Shown here piece by piece: positions 1 through 13,676 of a DNA stretch of 64,000 nt. Location: NCBI RefSeq assembly GCF_006345805.1, contig NC_043004.1, forward strand, positions 88,164,001 to 88,228,000. The letters are read 5' to 3'. Source of the stretch: Octopus sinensis (lineage: Eukaryota). How positions within the stretch are numbered: position 1 is the stretch's first letter; each line of letters begins with the position of its first letter. The translations under genes were made by a program, and so were the position numbers. Below the pieces are notes generated by a model. It saw nothing but the letters and a program-made list of their open reading frames with translations, ran no database searches and had not been told where the DNA came from.

Positions 1-352
1 CAGTGATAATGAATTTGTTTTTAGGAGAAAATATAAACTTGGGTTGTCAGTAATTGACATCCAAATAAACGAAATCATGTTTCCAGTGATTTATAAGATG
101 TGATTGGACGGGATACGTCGGTCCATTCCTGTACTTTTAGGATCAATAAATATATGTATATATTAAAATAATTCAAATAAAACTTAAACGAAGTAAGACA
201 TTCTATTCGAGAATATAATGATAAACACACACACACACACATATATATATGTGTGTGTGTATATATATATATGTATATATATATGTATATATATATGTAT
301 ATATAGTTATATATATATGTATATATATATATATATATATACACACACATCT

Positions 353-585
353 ATATAGTTGAAATTTACAGAAAAAACCTAAGATGAAGACAGGTGTATA
401 AACAACAAGCAGGTGTATTTGAGCTCGCGAAGGTGAGAAAGTATTTTACGTTTCGATACACACACATACACACATGCACACAAATATATATATACACACA
501 TTTATATGTACATATATATATGTATAGTTGAAATTGACAGAAAAACAAAAGACGAAGACAAGTGTATAAACAGCAGCAGGAGTAA
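353..585 (-). repeat. Two 3' fragments of the H1 hammerhead-bearing repeat family (353-456 and 528-585)
   Basis: Minus strand reads tcgaaacgtaaaa...tacacctgcttgttgtttatacacctgtcttc, matching the 3' half of the repeats at 19243-19420 and 36066-36260. Confidence 0.55.
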
Positions 586-638
586 TAGCTTCGGCTTCAT
601 GATGTTTCGCGGAAGTGTCATCTCGCAACCGAGCTTTT

Positions 639-1030
639 CTAGTACCCAGTCCACGACACTCTAAGGATTCTGCGGTAACCCCACATTTCAAAAGCGCTCA
701 CTCTTTTCTCGTCTGCCTTCAACATTGTCCACGACTCGCAGCCGTACGTCGCAATAGAGAAAGCGGCAGCCCAAAGTAGCCTTATCTTCAGCAGCATTGA
801 CACACCACGACTCTTCCAGATGTTCTCCATATTTTGTACAGCTTGCCTCGCTATCGCGAGCCTTCTTCGTATCTCTGGTGTACTTGATCCACTGCTGCTG
901 ATTGTGGATCCCAAGTACACAAAATCATCCACTTCCTAAATCATCTCGCCGTCTACGTTGAAGTCACCTTGGTCTGTTCTGTACTTATCCACCACTAGGA
1001 TCTTTGTTTTCCTTACATTCAGGAATAGGT
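639..1030 (-). pseudogene. RTE-like non-LTR retrotransposon ORF2 remnant (C-terminal to the RT core)
   Basis: Translation LNVRKTKILVV...EMI*EVDDFVYLGSTIS...EIRRRLAIAR...IATYGCESWTMLKADEKRVSAFEMWGYRRILRVSWT has the typical RTE post-RT motifs (FxYLGS, YGCESW, AFEMWxYRRILRxSWT). In-frame TAG near 936-938. Confidence 0.85.
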
Positions 1031-3080
1031 AATCTTATATATATATATATATATATATGGAGCTAGGAAAACCATAGATAAAAAATATATATGTGTTGGA
1101 TAGAGTGGATACTGACATTAGTAGCAAAAGCCCCACGGGGATTTATGGGTCCAGTGGTAATAATGGCTGGAGTTAGACATTGGGGAGGGGTGGTGGAGTA
1201 TTGTGTGTGCGTGCGTAGAGTGTCAGAATACATTGGGTAGTTTTGACGTGTCGAGCGCCAAATATTATAGTTTTCTGTCGTATGTATTTGTGAATACTTG
1301 TGTAACATTCACGGTATAGTAAGGTCAGTTTTCGTTAAATGGAATTTGTTTATACGGGTATACACACACACACACACACAAACACACAAACACACACACA
1401 CACACACTCATATATTTATACGTATCCACACACAAACACGCATATATATATATACACAGATATATAAATATATATATATATAGATATATATATATCTATA
1501 TATATATATATATATATGTATGTATGGTAGTTTGTATGTGTGTGCTCATGTTTTATATATATTTATGTGTGTGTGTATTTGTGTGTGTGTGTGATTGCTT
1601 GCTCTTGCTTACTGTTGTCAGGTGAATCGGAGGATGACCACTTTCCGATGTCTTTTGTGACTATACATTATTTATTCGTATACTGAGGCGCTTACATACG
1701 TATATCTTACGACATGAATACATATGCACATGATATATAGTTATACCAAGAAGCATACATATACATACATGCATACACATTTTTACGTATAAACGTGTTT
1801 ATATCAATACCTATGTGCACGTATGTTTTGTATATGTGCACGTGTTTGTATATATGTATATGTAATATATATATATATGTATTATATATATATACACACA
1901 CATATATATATACATATATATATACACATGCAATATACATATACATATACATATATATATATACTATATATATTATACACATATACACAATATATATACA
2001 ATATGCATGTGTGTGTGTGTATATATATCTTATATACATATACACAATATATACATATATATATATAAATATATATATACATACATATATACATGTACGA
2101 ATATATGTGTACACCTGCTTTATGTATTTATATTGTATGTATATATACATGTATATATGTGTGTGTGTGTGTGTGTGGTGTGTGTGTGTGTGTGTATGTA
2201 TATGTATTTTGTATTAGCATACACTTGTAATTTACGTATTCGCTCACACAAACACGCGAACGAAAGCACAATCAAGCGTAATTATGTACAACCATATCTT
2301 ACCACTCTAACAGCGTTCCAATCTCACCTCTTTTAGAAAGTTGACAGTTCCTTCCAAGAACAAGACATATTAGAAATGTGAATATTATTCCAAGTCTTTC
2401 TCTCGTGGCCACCCAAGCTCATCTCTGTAGTCATGTTTTTTGGACAATTTTTTATTAAGAAATTTTACAAGAGCATAGCTATTAAAGAATTTGCAATTAC
2501 CATTTTAATGGAATTCCGTAGACATTTGTATGGACGACTGATGTACATTGTTGTTAGAAAAATGACAACGATTTCGAAATGACAAGAGATAAAATATTTC
2601 TATTTTCAGAAATATGGAGATTATATCAACACCACAGAAATAAGATAACACGGTGTTGTGTATGCGACTGTTTGATCTGTTAAGAATAAGAGCTAAATCT
2701 GCCTCAAATTGATATTTTGAATAGGAAGGGCATATTGAAAAACGTAGAAAATTCATAGAATAGTAATCTTCTGCAACAAGCCAACGGTGTTCTCTATGCG
2801 GTCGTACTACATGCTAGAGATAGCAACTAAATCGCTCTCATCCTACACAAAAAAGGACACTTTTCTTAGTGTAGTTCTTGATAATCCACAATTTCCAGAA
2901 TAATTAGCTTCAGTCACAGAAGAACTCTCTACGTGATCATTAGATATGCTAGCAATAACAGTCAAATCTCTTTCAAATCACATCTTTAATAAAGCGCTAA
3001 GTTATGGGGATGTAAACACAGTGACACCGGTAGTCAAGCGGTGGTGGGGGGACAAACACAGATACTAAGACACGCGCACG

Positions 3081-3146
<66 letters not shown>

Positions 3147-3730
3147 GCGCTCGCGCACATACAAGAACACGGTCAGTTATGACCGAAGGGGGTCTCAATG
3201 CCCTTTCCACGATGTAAATAGTATTCTGTTGTTCACGTACAAATATAAATAAATAAACAACAAAAATAGTGACACTTAAACATTCCACTTGTGTCAGATA
3301 GACCTAAATAGTTCGGATAAAGACTTAATTGTAACTTAATGAAATAATGTGTTATCTTTTGAGACAATCATATAAACTTAATATATTTCCGCTATGTTTA
3401 ACAGGGCCTGGTTTATCAACAATAAGTTTACATAGACACACATTATATGAATAAGTAATGTTTTTTTCTGTATATAATTTCCTTTCGAGGTTTATTGCTT
3501 TTTCTGCGTTACAAACTGTCTTTAAACCCATTTGAGAAAGGGAAAAGTGACAGTTTTCAATTACTTTGAAAATAGAAGAGTTTTTTAAAGCTTTCATTCT
3601 GTTCAACTCTTTAACAATTTAGGCTTTTAATCCCCAAATATCCTTCAAAGTTACATTAAACATTTTTATGCACATTCTACGAAGATAAAAATATGGCATA
3701 TTTTTTTTCTCTTTTCACAGTATAGACCGG

Positions 3731-4036
3731 GTGGTTGGGTCTTAGGGAAAAAAATTCTAAAGAGCCGAGTTGACAATGTAAGTTCCGTTCCTGGCTATAC
3801 CATGTCCTGCCGACGTTTTCAAATTGTTCTGGTTGTGTCTTGGGGAGTAAAATTCTAAAGAGCCGAGTTGACAATGTAAATTCCATTCCCGGCTATACCA
3901 TGTCGTGTCGACGTTTTCAAATTGTTCTGGTTGTGTCTTGGGGAGTAAAATTCTAAAGAGCCGAGTTGACAATGTAAGTTCCATTCCCGGCTATACCATG
4001 TCACCATGTCACTTCGACGTTTTCAAATTGTTCTGT
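3731..4036. repeat. 98-bp minisatellite, about 3 copies
   Basis: aaaattctaaagagccgagttgacaatg starts at 3751, 3849 and 3947 (period 98); units are nearly identical. Confidence 0.9.
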
Positions 4037-4215
4037 GATTGGAGTTGAGTGTAATCGATAATCCGTTTGAAGGATGGGCCGTAGTGGAAGTTTCATTCCC
4101 GCGATACATCACCAACGAGAAGCCTTACATGAAACAAAATAATCCTCCTATAAACTACCATTTTAAAGAAGGAAAGGACGCAGTGGCACCTGTCAACTTA
4201 ATGTAGTCCTACACA

Positions 4216-4432
4216 AAGGTAGCGAGGTGGCAGAATCGATAGCGCAGTGCGCAAAATGCTTAGCAGTATTTCGTCTGTCATTACACTCTGAGTTCAAATT
4301 CCGCCAAGGTCGACTTTGCTTTTTATCCTTTCAAGATCGATAAAATAAGCGCCAATAGAGCACTAGGGTCGATGTAGTCGACTTGCATCCTCCACCACAA
4401 TTAGCGGCATTGTGCCATTATTTGTGAATAAT
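4216..4432 (+). mobile_element. tRNA-derived SINE, family B (short tail)
   Basis: A-box-like tggcagaatcg, B-box gagttcaaattcc and central gtcgactttgcttttatcctt...gataaaataag shared with many copies in the window. Confidence 0.8.
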
Positions 4433-4776
4433 ACAGTCCTGCAAAACCAAATAAAAGAAGGGATAGTCATGGCTAGGTTACCTTTGGTCATGGCTTTGCA
4501 AGATCAATGTTAAGCTGCGTCTACAAACAACAATAACGACAAATGAGTTTAGTTTTCGGTGGTGATACTATATCTCATTAAATGTTACATAACATATTCA
4601 TTTCATGCCATGCTTATTCTATGAAATTTAAAGAGTGTAAGAGATAGGAGAATATGATGTTAGTCGTTGATTCAGAGATGTAGATGTTTGGCAAGTGAAT
4701 TGATCTGAGACTCTGTTGAAACTGAAGCAATTGCATCGTAGAAAAGTCATACTAGTTTGGAAATTCAATCAACACG

Positions 4777-4789
<13 letters not shown>

Positions 4790-4833
<44 letters not shown>

Positions 4834-5035
4834 TTGATAGATGGAGAGAAGAAAGAGAGATAGATGGAGAGAGAGAAAGATACATAGAGAGAGGGGGAGA
4901 GAGAGAAAGAGAAATAGATAGACAGAGATAAATATAGGGATGTATAGAGATAAAAGAGATGTAGATAGATAGCTAAGTAGAGAGAGATTGATTGATAGAT
5001 GGAGAGAGAGAGAGAGAGGAAAGAGAGAAAGATAC

Positions 5036-5069
<34 letters not shown>

Positions 5070-5285
5070 AAGAGAAATAGATAGACAGAGATAAATATAG
5101 GAATGTATAAAGAGAAAGGGATGTAGATAGATAGCTAAGTAGAGAGAGAGTGAGAGAGAGAAAGCGAGTGAGCAAGAGAGAGTGAGAGTGAGAGAGAGAA
5201 AGCGAGTGAGCAAAATAGAGTGAGAGTGAGAGAGAGAGAAAGCGAGTGAGCAAGAGAGGGAGGGAGAGAGAGAGAGAGAGAGAGA
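4790..5285. repeat. (GATA)/(GA)-rich compound microsatellite with an internal ~150-bp duplication
   Basis: Purine-rich tract; the block gaaagagaaatagatagacagagataaatatagg...gatgtagatagatagctaagtag occurs twice. Confidence 0.9.
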
Positions 5286-6286
5286 GCTGACGCTTAAGGC
5301 CTACAAGAACTGGTTATAAACCGACTTTCAAACAGTTGCAGTGAAATTGCGTCAATGTTTCAGGGATGAATTCCCAGTTGTTGACGCCTAAAATAAATTT
5401 CAATTGAATTTAGCAGTCGTGTGTTATTAAACTTTTTCCATAATGTAATTCTTGTCCTTGTTTAGCCCCAGTTTGGTCTTAATTAAGCACATCTATGATG
5501 AAAGATACTTACAACCATTACAAACCTGTTTTATTTCTAGGCATAGTGTAACCTGAACAACTCGATGTAACTCGTCATTTCATTTTGTAATGTTTATCAA
5601 ATGACTCAAAGTAGATTGACTGCTATTTCTAGTATGTTGTGTCGCCACATAACAGCTCCTTTGATGACTCATAAAACTGGCTTCTGGAATCTTTTCTTTT
5701 TTTTATCTCAAGTTTGCAACTAAGCACTGAAGTGCAAGTTTTATTTGTTTTAAAAATTCAAAGTGTGATTTAAAGTTCGTATGGATTGACTGTTATTTCT
5801 AGCTTGCAGAGTGATCACATAGAGGCTTTATTGTTGGCCCACAAACCTAACTTCTAGAATGTTTTTTATATCATATCGAATGTGCATCCAAGTTCTAAAG
5901 TGCATGTCAACTCAGTTATTCACATTTTAAATTATTCCGTTTAACCTGAATTGTTTGGCATGTCTTGCAGCGAAAGTATTTTATCAACAGATTATTAAGA
6001 CATTACAAAAAAAGAAATATATTCTCTTTTACCACAAACACGTTCTATAATTAAAGGAAAATATAATCAATAAAAATTTCCTCTTTTACTCCAGCCTATA
6101 ACAATTCTTTTATCTTTTACGTAGAAGCTTGCCTGAAGCCATTATATTGTCAGATATGCGAAAGTTTGGCAATGTTCGCAAATAACAGCATTGCCAATCC
6201 AACTCTGTTCTCCACTGGTAATTAGGGAGCCTCCCCCCCCCCACGCAGTCGCTCGACAGGTGAGATATAACATCAAAGCTTTCGTC

Positions 6287-6342
<56 letters not shown>

Positions 6343-6675
6343 TGCTATTGTTTTTGTCAAAAATAAAAAAAGGAAATATCACATTAGATAATGTAGTCCT
6401 ATATACACTATTCATGAACAAAAACACGAGACTGAAGGAAAAAATGCAACGCGATGGCTATTCTTGCAATGCCATTATTGATCAAGGTGACACTAAAAAA
6501 CAAAACCTAAAGAAAAAAACAAACAAAAAATAAACAATAACAACACAATGTGTTGCTTTACTTAAAACGTGGGTCAGTTGAAGCGTTGACCCTTGATGGT
6601 TCAAACGCAAAAACTAATACCATATTATGGAGAAGAAACCTGGAAGATGCGAGTCGTGGGTACCCAGTGTAACTA

Positions 6676-7061
6676 GAAAAGCACTCCGTCGGTTACAACG
6701 ATGAGGGTTCCGGTTGATCCGAATCAACGGAACAGCCTGCTCGTGAAATTAACGTGTAAGTGGCTGAGCACTCCACAGACACGTGCACCCTTAACGTAGT
6801 TCTCGGGGATATTCAGCGTGACACAGAGAGTGACAAGACCGGCCCCTTGAAATACAGGTACAGCAGAAACAGGAAGTAAGAGAGAGAAAGTTGTGGTGAA
6901 AGAGTACAGCAGAGATCACCACCATCCCCCGCCTGCCGGAGCCTCGTGGAGCTTTTAGGTGTTTTCGCTCAATAATCACTCACAACCCCCGGTCTGGGAA
7001 TCGAAACCGCGATCCTATGACCGCGAGTCTGCTGCCCTAACCACTGAGCCATTGCGCCTCC
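6676..7061 (-). mobile_element. Full-length tRNA-derived SINE (group C) with a 14-bp TSD
   Basis: Minus-strand head ggaggcgcaatggctcagtggttagg (A box) and ggtttcgattccc (B box). Flanked by identical acccagtgtaacta at 6662-6675 and 7062-7075. Confidence 0.92.
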
Positions 7062-7458
7062 ACCCAGTGTAACTAACGCGTATTCTGTTGATTATTAACG
7101 ATGAATTCAGAATATACCGTTATATAGATATCACGAGTATATTTAGAAACATATTTAGTCTCGCTGTGAAATTAAGTCCCACGAGGGGCCTTTTTGTAGG
7201 CTTGTGTTGTGAATCTAACCATTTGTTTCCACCACGAATCTGTTACCACTCATTGCTAAAGCGCTGGACCACAATTGTCTCAGCAAATTTATCGACAAAC
7301 GAGAGGATTAGAGGCATCGTTGATATCTGCAAGATTTGAACTCATACCACGGAGTGTCGGAATAAATAGCGCAATTAATTCTATCTAACGCCCAAACGAC
7401 TCAGCCTTCTGGCCGCCCTGACACATTGGATATATTTCAAATATTTATAACAATATTT

Positions 7459-7705
7459 TTTATCTTTTACTTGTTCTAGCCATTGATTGAATTGCGGCCA
7501 TGCTGAGGCATCGCCTTGAAGAATTTTTATGCGAGCAAATCACCTCCAGTATTTATGCTTTGATTTTATATTTTAAAGACTGATACTAATTCGGTCGGTT
7601 TTTTCCGAACCGCTAAGTCACGGTGATTTCCACAAACCAATGCCGATAGTTAGGCAGGAGGGGCAAACAGATGCAAAGACGCATACATACATACACAAAA
7701 CCACA

Positions 7706-7745
<40 letters not shown>

Positions 7746-7890
7746 GACCGCCTTTCACATATTTTCCATCTACCAAATTCACTCTCAAGGCTTTGATTGA
7801 TTCGGGGCTATACTAAAGTGCCGCGCAGTGAAATTGAACCCGGAACCACGTGCTTGCAAAGCAAGTTTCTTAATCATACTCTCATGCCTA
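7459..7890 (-). mobile_element. tRNA-derived SINE, family A (degenerate)
   Basis: Reverse complement of the family-A head, internal (TA)n and tail ...gaacaagtaaaagataaaa. Confidence 0.7.
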
Positions 7891-8365
7891 CAACTATGTC
7901 TACACAAAGGGTGAATGGCATATCCATACAGTATAAGTTACTCATTATATATACATCATAAATGTATGCCTTATATACATATCACAAATGTAACATACAC
8001 TATAAATATAATACACATTGTTATTTTAACCTAAAGCTGTTTCAAATGAGTACTTTTAATATTTATTTATTTATTCATTTATTTATCTGTCTATTTATTT
8101 ATCTATTTCTTCATAACTCTATGGTACTATAGTGCGTTTTGCCCGGAGCGTCAAACTTGTATTATCATGCAAATGAGTTTATGGCCGAGACACAATGCAT
8201 TTTAATCTTCAGTCACTTTATCTGAGCATCTTGGCAAGGAGAGTTAATCCTGATAGAACAACGAAGGAGATCGATTTGAAGCTAAGCTGAGAAAGTTTCC
8301 ATGGAGCTTAATTTCATATCGTGTTTAAATAGGTATAAAAGTAACTCTGTCAACGTATATATATA

Positions 8366-8441
<76 letters not shown>

Positions 8442-9574
8442 CTGTGTATGTATGTATTTATATGTATGTATATATATTTGTGTGTGCGTATATATGAATA
8501 TATATTTATATATATGTATGGATATGAATATATATGTTTGTATACGTATATGTGTGAATGTGATGAATATGTATGTCTATATGCATATATGTATATATAC
8601 ATACAGAGCTATATACATAAATAGATACATAGATACATACATATATACATATATATGATATTCATAACCCATATAATATTGTTACTTTATTAACTTCTAT
8701 AGGCTAGTTTGTAGTGTAAGTCATCTAAAGTCAAAAGGATTAATCACACATCGATGGATTAAGAAAATCCAAGGAACTGGTTTTGTGATACAATCACATA
8801 GGTGTTATATACTCTCTCTCTCTCTCTCTCCCTCTCTTTCTCTCTCAAACGTACACTGTCACATTTAATATAACTCAATAATAGCTATGATACGAATATC
8901 ATAAATATTTAATCCTATTCATAGCTCAGTCCCAAACCAAGAAAACAAATCAAAAGAAAGGTTAGTTACGAGCATTAACATATTTTGCAGGCATATTTTA
9001 TCAATAACTAGGACTATGTCACGTGACTTGTGAACTTCAAAACACTTTTCATCATTAGCTAATAGAATATGACACTCTATAGTATATAAATGGACGGTTC
9101 ACCTATTTGCGACGACCTGTCTTTCTCTTTTATTTATGTTTTATGAAATAAACTGGGAAGAGAGAGTTTCATGCAATATCTGAAATTGATGATGAGGGTT
9201 TTATTAAAGGAAAGAACAATAATTGATAAACTCTCTCCACTTCTAGCTCTGATTGATTACTGTATGAAATGTAAAACCGTATCCTCAACGCATGTTTCTT
9301 ATTTCTATGGTTTATTTGAACTTTAAAAGACGTGATAGTTACTTAAAGAAAAACGTGCGTAATGATATTAATGTTGGTTATGATAATTATTTTAACTTAG
9401 ATACACGGTCAGTTGTTTCAAGGAAGAAGTTTGACGATTTCACCGACCAGGAAATTGTGAATGGCAAAATTGATTCAGTGGAATTTGGACTCAGGATGTA
9501 AAGAGCTGGAAAGCATTTTTTTTCCCGAGCAAATGATTCTGCTAGTTTCCTGTTCATTATGTACTAATAATAAT

Positions 9575-10190
9575 TCTTTTTGTGATAGGTCACGAAGCCT
9601 GAAATTTTGGTAGAAGGGGCAAGTCGATTACATTAACTCCAGTTATTGACTAGTAATTTATTTCATAGATCTCGAAAGGATGAACGATAAAGCCTACATC
9701 GGCGGCATTTGAACTTAGAATGTAAAGCCGGAAGAAATGCTGCTAACGATTCTTATTTCTTTACTATCCACAAGGGGCTAAACATAGAGGGGACAAACAA
9801 GGACAGACAAATGAATTAAGTCGATTACATCGACCCCAGTGCGTAACTGGTACTTAATTTATCGACCCCGAAAGTCGACCTCGGCGGAATTTGAACGTAA
9901 TGACAGACGAAATACCGCTAAGTATTTCGTACGGCGTGCTAACGATTCTGCCAGCTCACTGCCTTAATGTTAGACATTACAGTCTTCTACAGAAACAAGG
10001 TTGAATTTTCGGGAGAATGGGGCAAGTCGATCACATCAACCCTAGTGTTCCACTGATGCTTATTTCATCGACCTCGAAAAAATGAAAGGCAAAGTCGACT
10101 TCGGCGGTACTTGAACTTTGAGCGTAAAGACGGACGAAAATCTGGTAAGAATTTTGTCCGGCATGCTTAAGTTACTGCCTGTTTGCCGCC
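9575..10190 (-). mobile_element. Cluster of family-B SINE copies (two fused units 9575-9966, one at ~9985-10190)
   Basis: Repeated aaagtcgacctcggcggaatttgaac and related blocks; long tail tatttctttac...ggggctaaacatagagggg at about 9755-9800. Confidence 0.8.
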
Positions 10191-10602
10191 AAAATATTGA
10201 CCACAACAACAAGAACTATTTTTAATATCGCCACACAGCCAGATTCTATTGACAAGAATTATTTTTATGGTGATGAGATCGAACATCTGGTACATATTTC
10301 TCCATCTACCCCACAAAAAAGGAAGGTAAATTTCAACTCGTTCTAATCAGCGGGATCTGAATGAAATACTTCAAACTATTTTGTCTGTCACTCCATCAAT
10401 TTTACCAAAATATTAGACTTCTAACAAGAATACACGTTGTCTACTAGGTCCAGCACTGGAACTGTAAAAATCTGTAAAACTTTCCAGAAGTTTATCATTT
10501 AAGCATATATGAGCATGTCTAGATATGTAAGTATATGTATGAGAAGACACTTATAAAACAAAACATACAAATCTGCACATATACATACATACAAAAATAT
10601 TG

Positions 10603-10862
10603 TGTTGATGTTGAAATTCCACTGAAGGAGCCTTGGATCTAGGTTAGAAACCGGCTCTTTCTCTGTTAGCTAGAAATCTTGAAATATACCTGAATGACAT
10701 ACATATAAATCTTCACATGAAGACTCCAAATACTAGCGTACATGCACACATACATGTACAACTACTCTGTTGGTGCTATTGAAATTCCAGTGAAGGAATC
10801 TTGGGTCTAGGTTAGTAACCAGTTCCTTCTCTATTGGCAAGAATTCTAGAAATAAAACTGAT
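10603..10862 (+). repeat. Two copies of a ~110-bp dispersed repeat (family H5) associated with (TACA)n
   Basis: gttgatgttgaaattcca.tgaaggagccttggatctaggttagaaaccggctc...aagaaatcttgaaa recurs at ~10603, ~10768, ~14556-14665 (minus) and ~61621-61730. Confidence 0.75.
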
Positions 10863-11619
10863 TCAAAAAGAACAAAAACACACTGACACACATATGAACC
10901 TAAGTTGCCTAACTGGAAGCACGTGGGTCTGAATCTCTGAATATCTGAATTTGAACGGAACGAATCATCAACTGATATCTTAATAATATAAACTTTACCA
11001 TCATATATCGGTTATTCATTCTTATATTTTGTAAGTAAAAACCTGTATAGTTTACCAATAAAACATATTTTAACATTTACTGCAATATCTTAAGATAGCT
11101 GGAAGAAATACCAATTAAGTTTTCATAATTAATTCCTGTATATCTTCTCAATAATTCTTTTAAGTTTTCACACCACGAAGTGATCATTCACGCAAATCCC
11201 TTATCCTCTCCGGTCGTTCTAAGATCTTACAGTTAGAGTTAGACAACACTTATCTGATGTGGAGCAATAGGGCTGCGAAACATATTAGGAGATATCACGT
11301 GTACAGCTGATGATTAAGATTCCTTTTATTTCCCGTTGGATTTTGTACTTAATTTATTTTAATTAAATTACCAGAGTTGTCTCTCCTGTCTTTATTGATT
11401 AGAATTAGTCATTTAGGTAAGGATTTATTTTCTGTCGTTCTTTCGTCATTGAGGGTGGAATTATAATTAATTAAAAATGTTCGTTCCTTGTGCATCAAGT
11501 TATGTTTGTACCCACTGTGCAATTAGTTAGTTGTTCATTGTTCACGCACGAAGCGACCCTGGGTATTTTTATCCTGTTATTTTTTCAATGGTTAAAAACA
11601 ACTAGAATGACACATTGAA

Positions 11620-12050
11620 ATGTTAATAACAAGAAGATTCGCAGAAACAACAACAACATCAAAAATTGCATCAGAAACAGCAACGGTAATGACAATAACA
11701 ACATTGTCAAGAAAAACAATAAACAACAAAATGGACGCCGAAGCCAATAATGATAATCACAGCAGCAGTAGCAACAACAACAACAACAACAACAAAAAGC
11801 AACAACAAGAGCAATGCCAATAGCAGCAACGATAATAGCTTGTAAAAGTGCAACGGCAACTGCAACAGGAACGACAATAACAACAACATCAACAATAAAT
11901 AAGAACAAACACCAAAGACGATAACAAAAACAATAAACAATTATACGAACACCAACGCCAATAATGACAAACATAACAACAACAACAACAACTACTACGT
12001 CGATAACGACAACAGAGAATAATAACGACAACAATAGCAAAAAGACGAAA
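11620..12050. repeat. (CAA/AAC)-rich low-complexity tract
   Basis: Degenerate trinucleotide repeats; the ORFs here are compositional artefacts. Confidence 0.85.
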
Positions 12051-13204
12051 AGAAAATTAGTTTTAGTTTTCTACAAAAATTGTTTATTTAATAGAGAATC
12101 TATACTTGGTGACTCTACATGTTTGTAAGACTTTATATTAATTGGAAAGCTTCTTGGAAAAATGCATTGGAAAAATGCATTTAGAGCAGTGACGTCATAA
12201 AATCGATGGCATTTAAAAATTTTTCACTGGAAGCTTATCAGAAAGAAGATGCGATCGTTCGACAATCAATGATTAATTGTCCGAGCGAGGGACAATTCAG
12301 AAAATAACTGGAGCTAAAAATATAGATGCGGCGAGAAAAAGCGAAGTGAAGGAATGAATTTTAAGTAAATTGAAAACCTGCGTAAGGGAAAAAAGGGGGA
12401 AAAAAGAGAGAAAGAAAGAAAAAAGAAAGAAAGTAAGTAAAAAGAAAGAAGGGCAACAAATATGAACCAATAAATAAAATGAACACAACAACAATAACAA
12501 CAATACAATTATATATATTAATGAACTGAATTTAATATGGTCGAAGAAAATTTCCATATTCAGTCTCGTAATGGAGTGTGAGTTGTTGAATAACTGGATC
12601 TTACACGATTATAAATAAAAGCTTAAATTGGCAATCGATATATTAGGCTGTAGGCGATGACTGCCACTTAAATAGTTGGTTCCTGGTTGTGGAGTTCATT
12701 TGTGAAGAAAAGATATAATATCAATGACGACATCATTTAGTGGAAGTCTCGTAGAATTCAGTGTCATATCAATTCATTTACATTTCATTAAGCAGTAAAT
12801 AATAGTCTTTAAACTTTGTATTGTTAGAATGATACAGAGGCCAGATGTACCTTCCCGTGAGCCGGCCATTTTGTTTTAATCGCACTCCTTTGTTAAGATG
12901 TGTAGTTAGGTTTTATAATTTTCGTATGCTACAGCACGAAAATGTAAGGCCGTTATTCCGAATTTAATTGGCTCTTTACAGCACGAAGAGAAAATATTTG
13001 TGTTGTTAACGTCTGACTATATGATATGACATCATATTATATCGAGGTGAAGCACTGTTTAATGCATGAAGGCTGTGTTTAATGAGATACGTACAGCCTA
13101 ATGAGGTAGTATTAAAGAAAATTTGATTAGATACACAGAAAAAAAGACAAAATTATGTTTATTGTGGAAATATAATTATAAGTATTAAAGCAAGAGAATG
13201 GAAA

Positions 13205-13355
13205 AGTGTAGGCATGGCCGCGTGTTTAAGAAGCACGTTTGCAGCCGTATAGTTTCGGCTTCAGATCTTTTGGACAAATGTCTTGTACTATAATCCCAGT
13301 CCGACCTATGCCTTGGGAATGAATTTGGTAAACGGAGTTTGCGTGAAGGCTTGTT
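13205..13355 (+). mobile_element. Family-A SINE head (degenerate)
   Basis: ttggacaaatgtcttgtactataatcccagtccgacc...gccttgggaatgaatttggtaaacgg matches the family-A 5' half. Confidence 0.6.
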
Positions 13356-13538
13356 TTGATCGGCCCCACTTTTTTTTTTCATGATCCCTTTCGATCGGAA
13401 TCACCCCTTTTTTTCCCGATCCCTTTTGATCGGGATTCGCCCCCCCCCCGTTTTTTCCCTTCTCTTGTTCCCCAAAAGAAAACTATACTTTGTATTTTGT
13501 CCCTTCTGTGTCTAGCCCTGTGTGGCCAATAAAGAAAT
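13356..13538 (+). mobile_element. Short 3'-end fragment of a Tx1/L1-type LINE related to the 31.7-33.9 kb element
   Basis: Shares the cgatcccttttgatcg hairpins and the ccaaaagaaaa...agccctgtgtggc.aataaagaaa end with 33660-33890, and is likewise followed by (CTAT)n. Confidence 0.75.
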
Positions 13539-13577
13539 CTATCTATCTATCTGTCTGTCTGTCTGCCTCTCTCTCTC

Positions 13578-13621
<44 letters not shown>

Positions 13622-13622
13622 A

Positions 13623-13676
<54 letters not shown>

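Noticed and set aside
3731-4036. CRISPR-like array
   Set aside because: Units are contiguous with no unique spacers, and the context is eukaryotic.
9292-9501. 69-aa ORF or possible exon in unique sequence
   Set aside because: No recognisable homology and no well-supported splice pair.
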